DNA of 20,000 bases, from sequence record DRR378314_790; one strand, written 5' to 3'. The position numbers and the translations under genes are program-made. Positions 19,628 to 20,000 of the stretch are shown one piece after another. The first letter of the stretch is position 1; the number at the start of each line of letters is the position of its first letter. Below the pieces are notes generated by a model. That model ran no database searches. It was not told the DNA's origin and saw only the letters and a program-made list of their open reading frames with translations.

Positions 19628-19749
19628 GGGTGACCTTTAATTAGGGTTAGTTAACTTGAAACCGATACATAGCAAGAAACAATCGTTTTTTAAGGGGTAA
19701 ACGAGACTGGCTTTAACCAGCACTGTTTGTCTTGCTATTTAGTCTGTCT

Positions 19750-19778
19750 ATTTTCGCAGAAAAGCACCAAAGCGCCAA
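19750..19778 (-). promoter_or_regulatory. Putative folD promoter (extended -10)
   Basis: Minus strand TTGGCG (19778-19773), 17 bp ending in TGC, GAAAAT (19755-19750). Confidence 0.45.
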
Positions 19779-19899
19779 GTTGCTTTTTTTAGATATGCAG
19801 CACAATTAAATAAAACAGTTGAAATTTTAGCTTGTTTTTACAATATTTAGGCATTGTGAACTAAAAATGACCGATTGATTTATTTTCTTAAAAAAAGGT

Positions 19900-19935
19900 T
19901 TGACCTAATCCAGTCAAATCACTATTATGCACCCC
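19900..19935 (+). promoter_or_regulatory. Stable-RNA-type sigma70 promoter for the tRNA gene
   Basis: TTGACC (19900-19905), 17 bp, TATTAT (19923-19928), GC-rich discriminator GCACCCC; AT-rich UP-like tract upstream. Confidence 0.85.
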
Positions 19936-19972
19936 GTTGTCAACGAGGTCACTCGCAGACAATAGTAAGCAT

Positions 19973-20000
19973 CGGCGATTAGCGCAGTTTGGTAGCGCAC
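19973..20000 (+). tRNA. tRNA-Pro, 5' 28 nt only (anticodon outside window)
   Basis: CGGCGATTAGCGCAGTTTGGTAGCGCAC: CGG acceptor start and GCGC-AGTTTGGTA-GCGC D-arm typical of gammaproteobacterial tRNA-Pro. Confidence 0.85.

Noticed and set aside
19628-19745. ZTP or THF riboswitch, or hammerhead ribozyme, in the folD leader
   Set aside because: The conserved cores (ZTP GACUGGCG...CGCCUGGG; hammerhead CUGANGA) were not found in a compatible arrangement

Overview
Mostly core chromosome of a marine gammaproteobacterium; gene order and composition suggest Alteromonadales, Pseudoalteromonas-like (inference). Order: 3' end of a CheY-like receiver gene > <rpsT, murJ, then the ribF-ileS-lspA-fkpB-ispH housekeeping run. 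This continues directly into a FimS/AlgZ-like sensor and an AlgR-like LytTR regulator, then a type IV pilus minor-pilin/adhesin operon (pilV-pilW-pilX-pilY1-pilE) facing two convergent FimT/FimU-family pilins. After these come glnB, a decayed IS200/IS605 tnpA remnant, a PecM-like EamA exporter, <folD and the first 28 nt of a tRNA-Pro. The genes are from known families; the most interesting signals are cis-elements. These are (1) a tandem AlgR/LytTR-type direct repeat just upstream of a putative pilV promoter, suggesting a self-contained FimS-AlgR pilus module; (2) a FimT with a GRxK DNA-binding-like tail whose start codon sits in a CsrA/RsmA-consensus hairpin; (3) a SoxR-type promoter with a 19-bp spacer in front of the PecM-like exporter; (4) a three-way-junction RNA candidate in the folD leader; and (5) an RGD-bearing Cys-loop insertion in the PilY1 vWA domain. 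All motif calls were made by eye; no searches were run.
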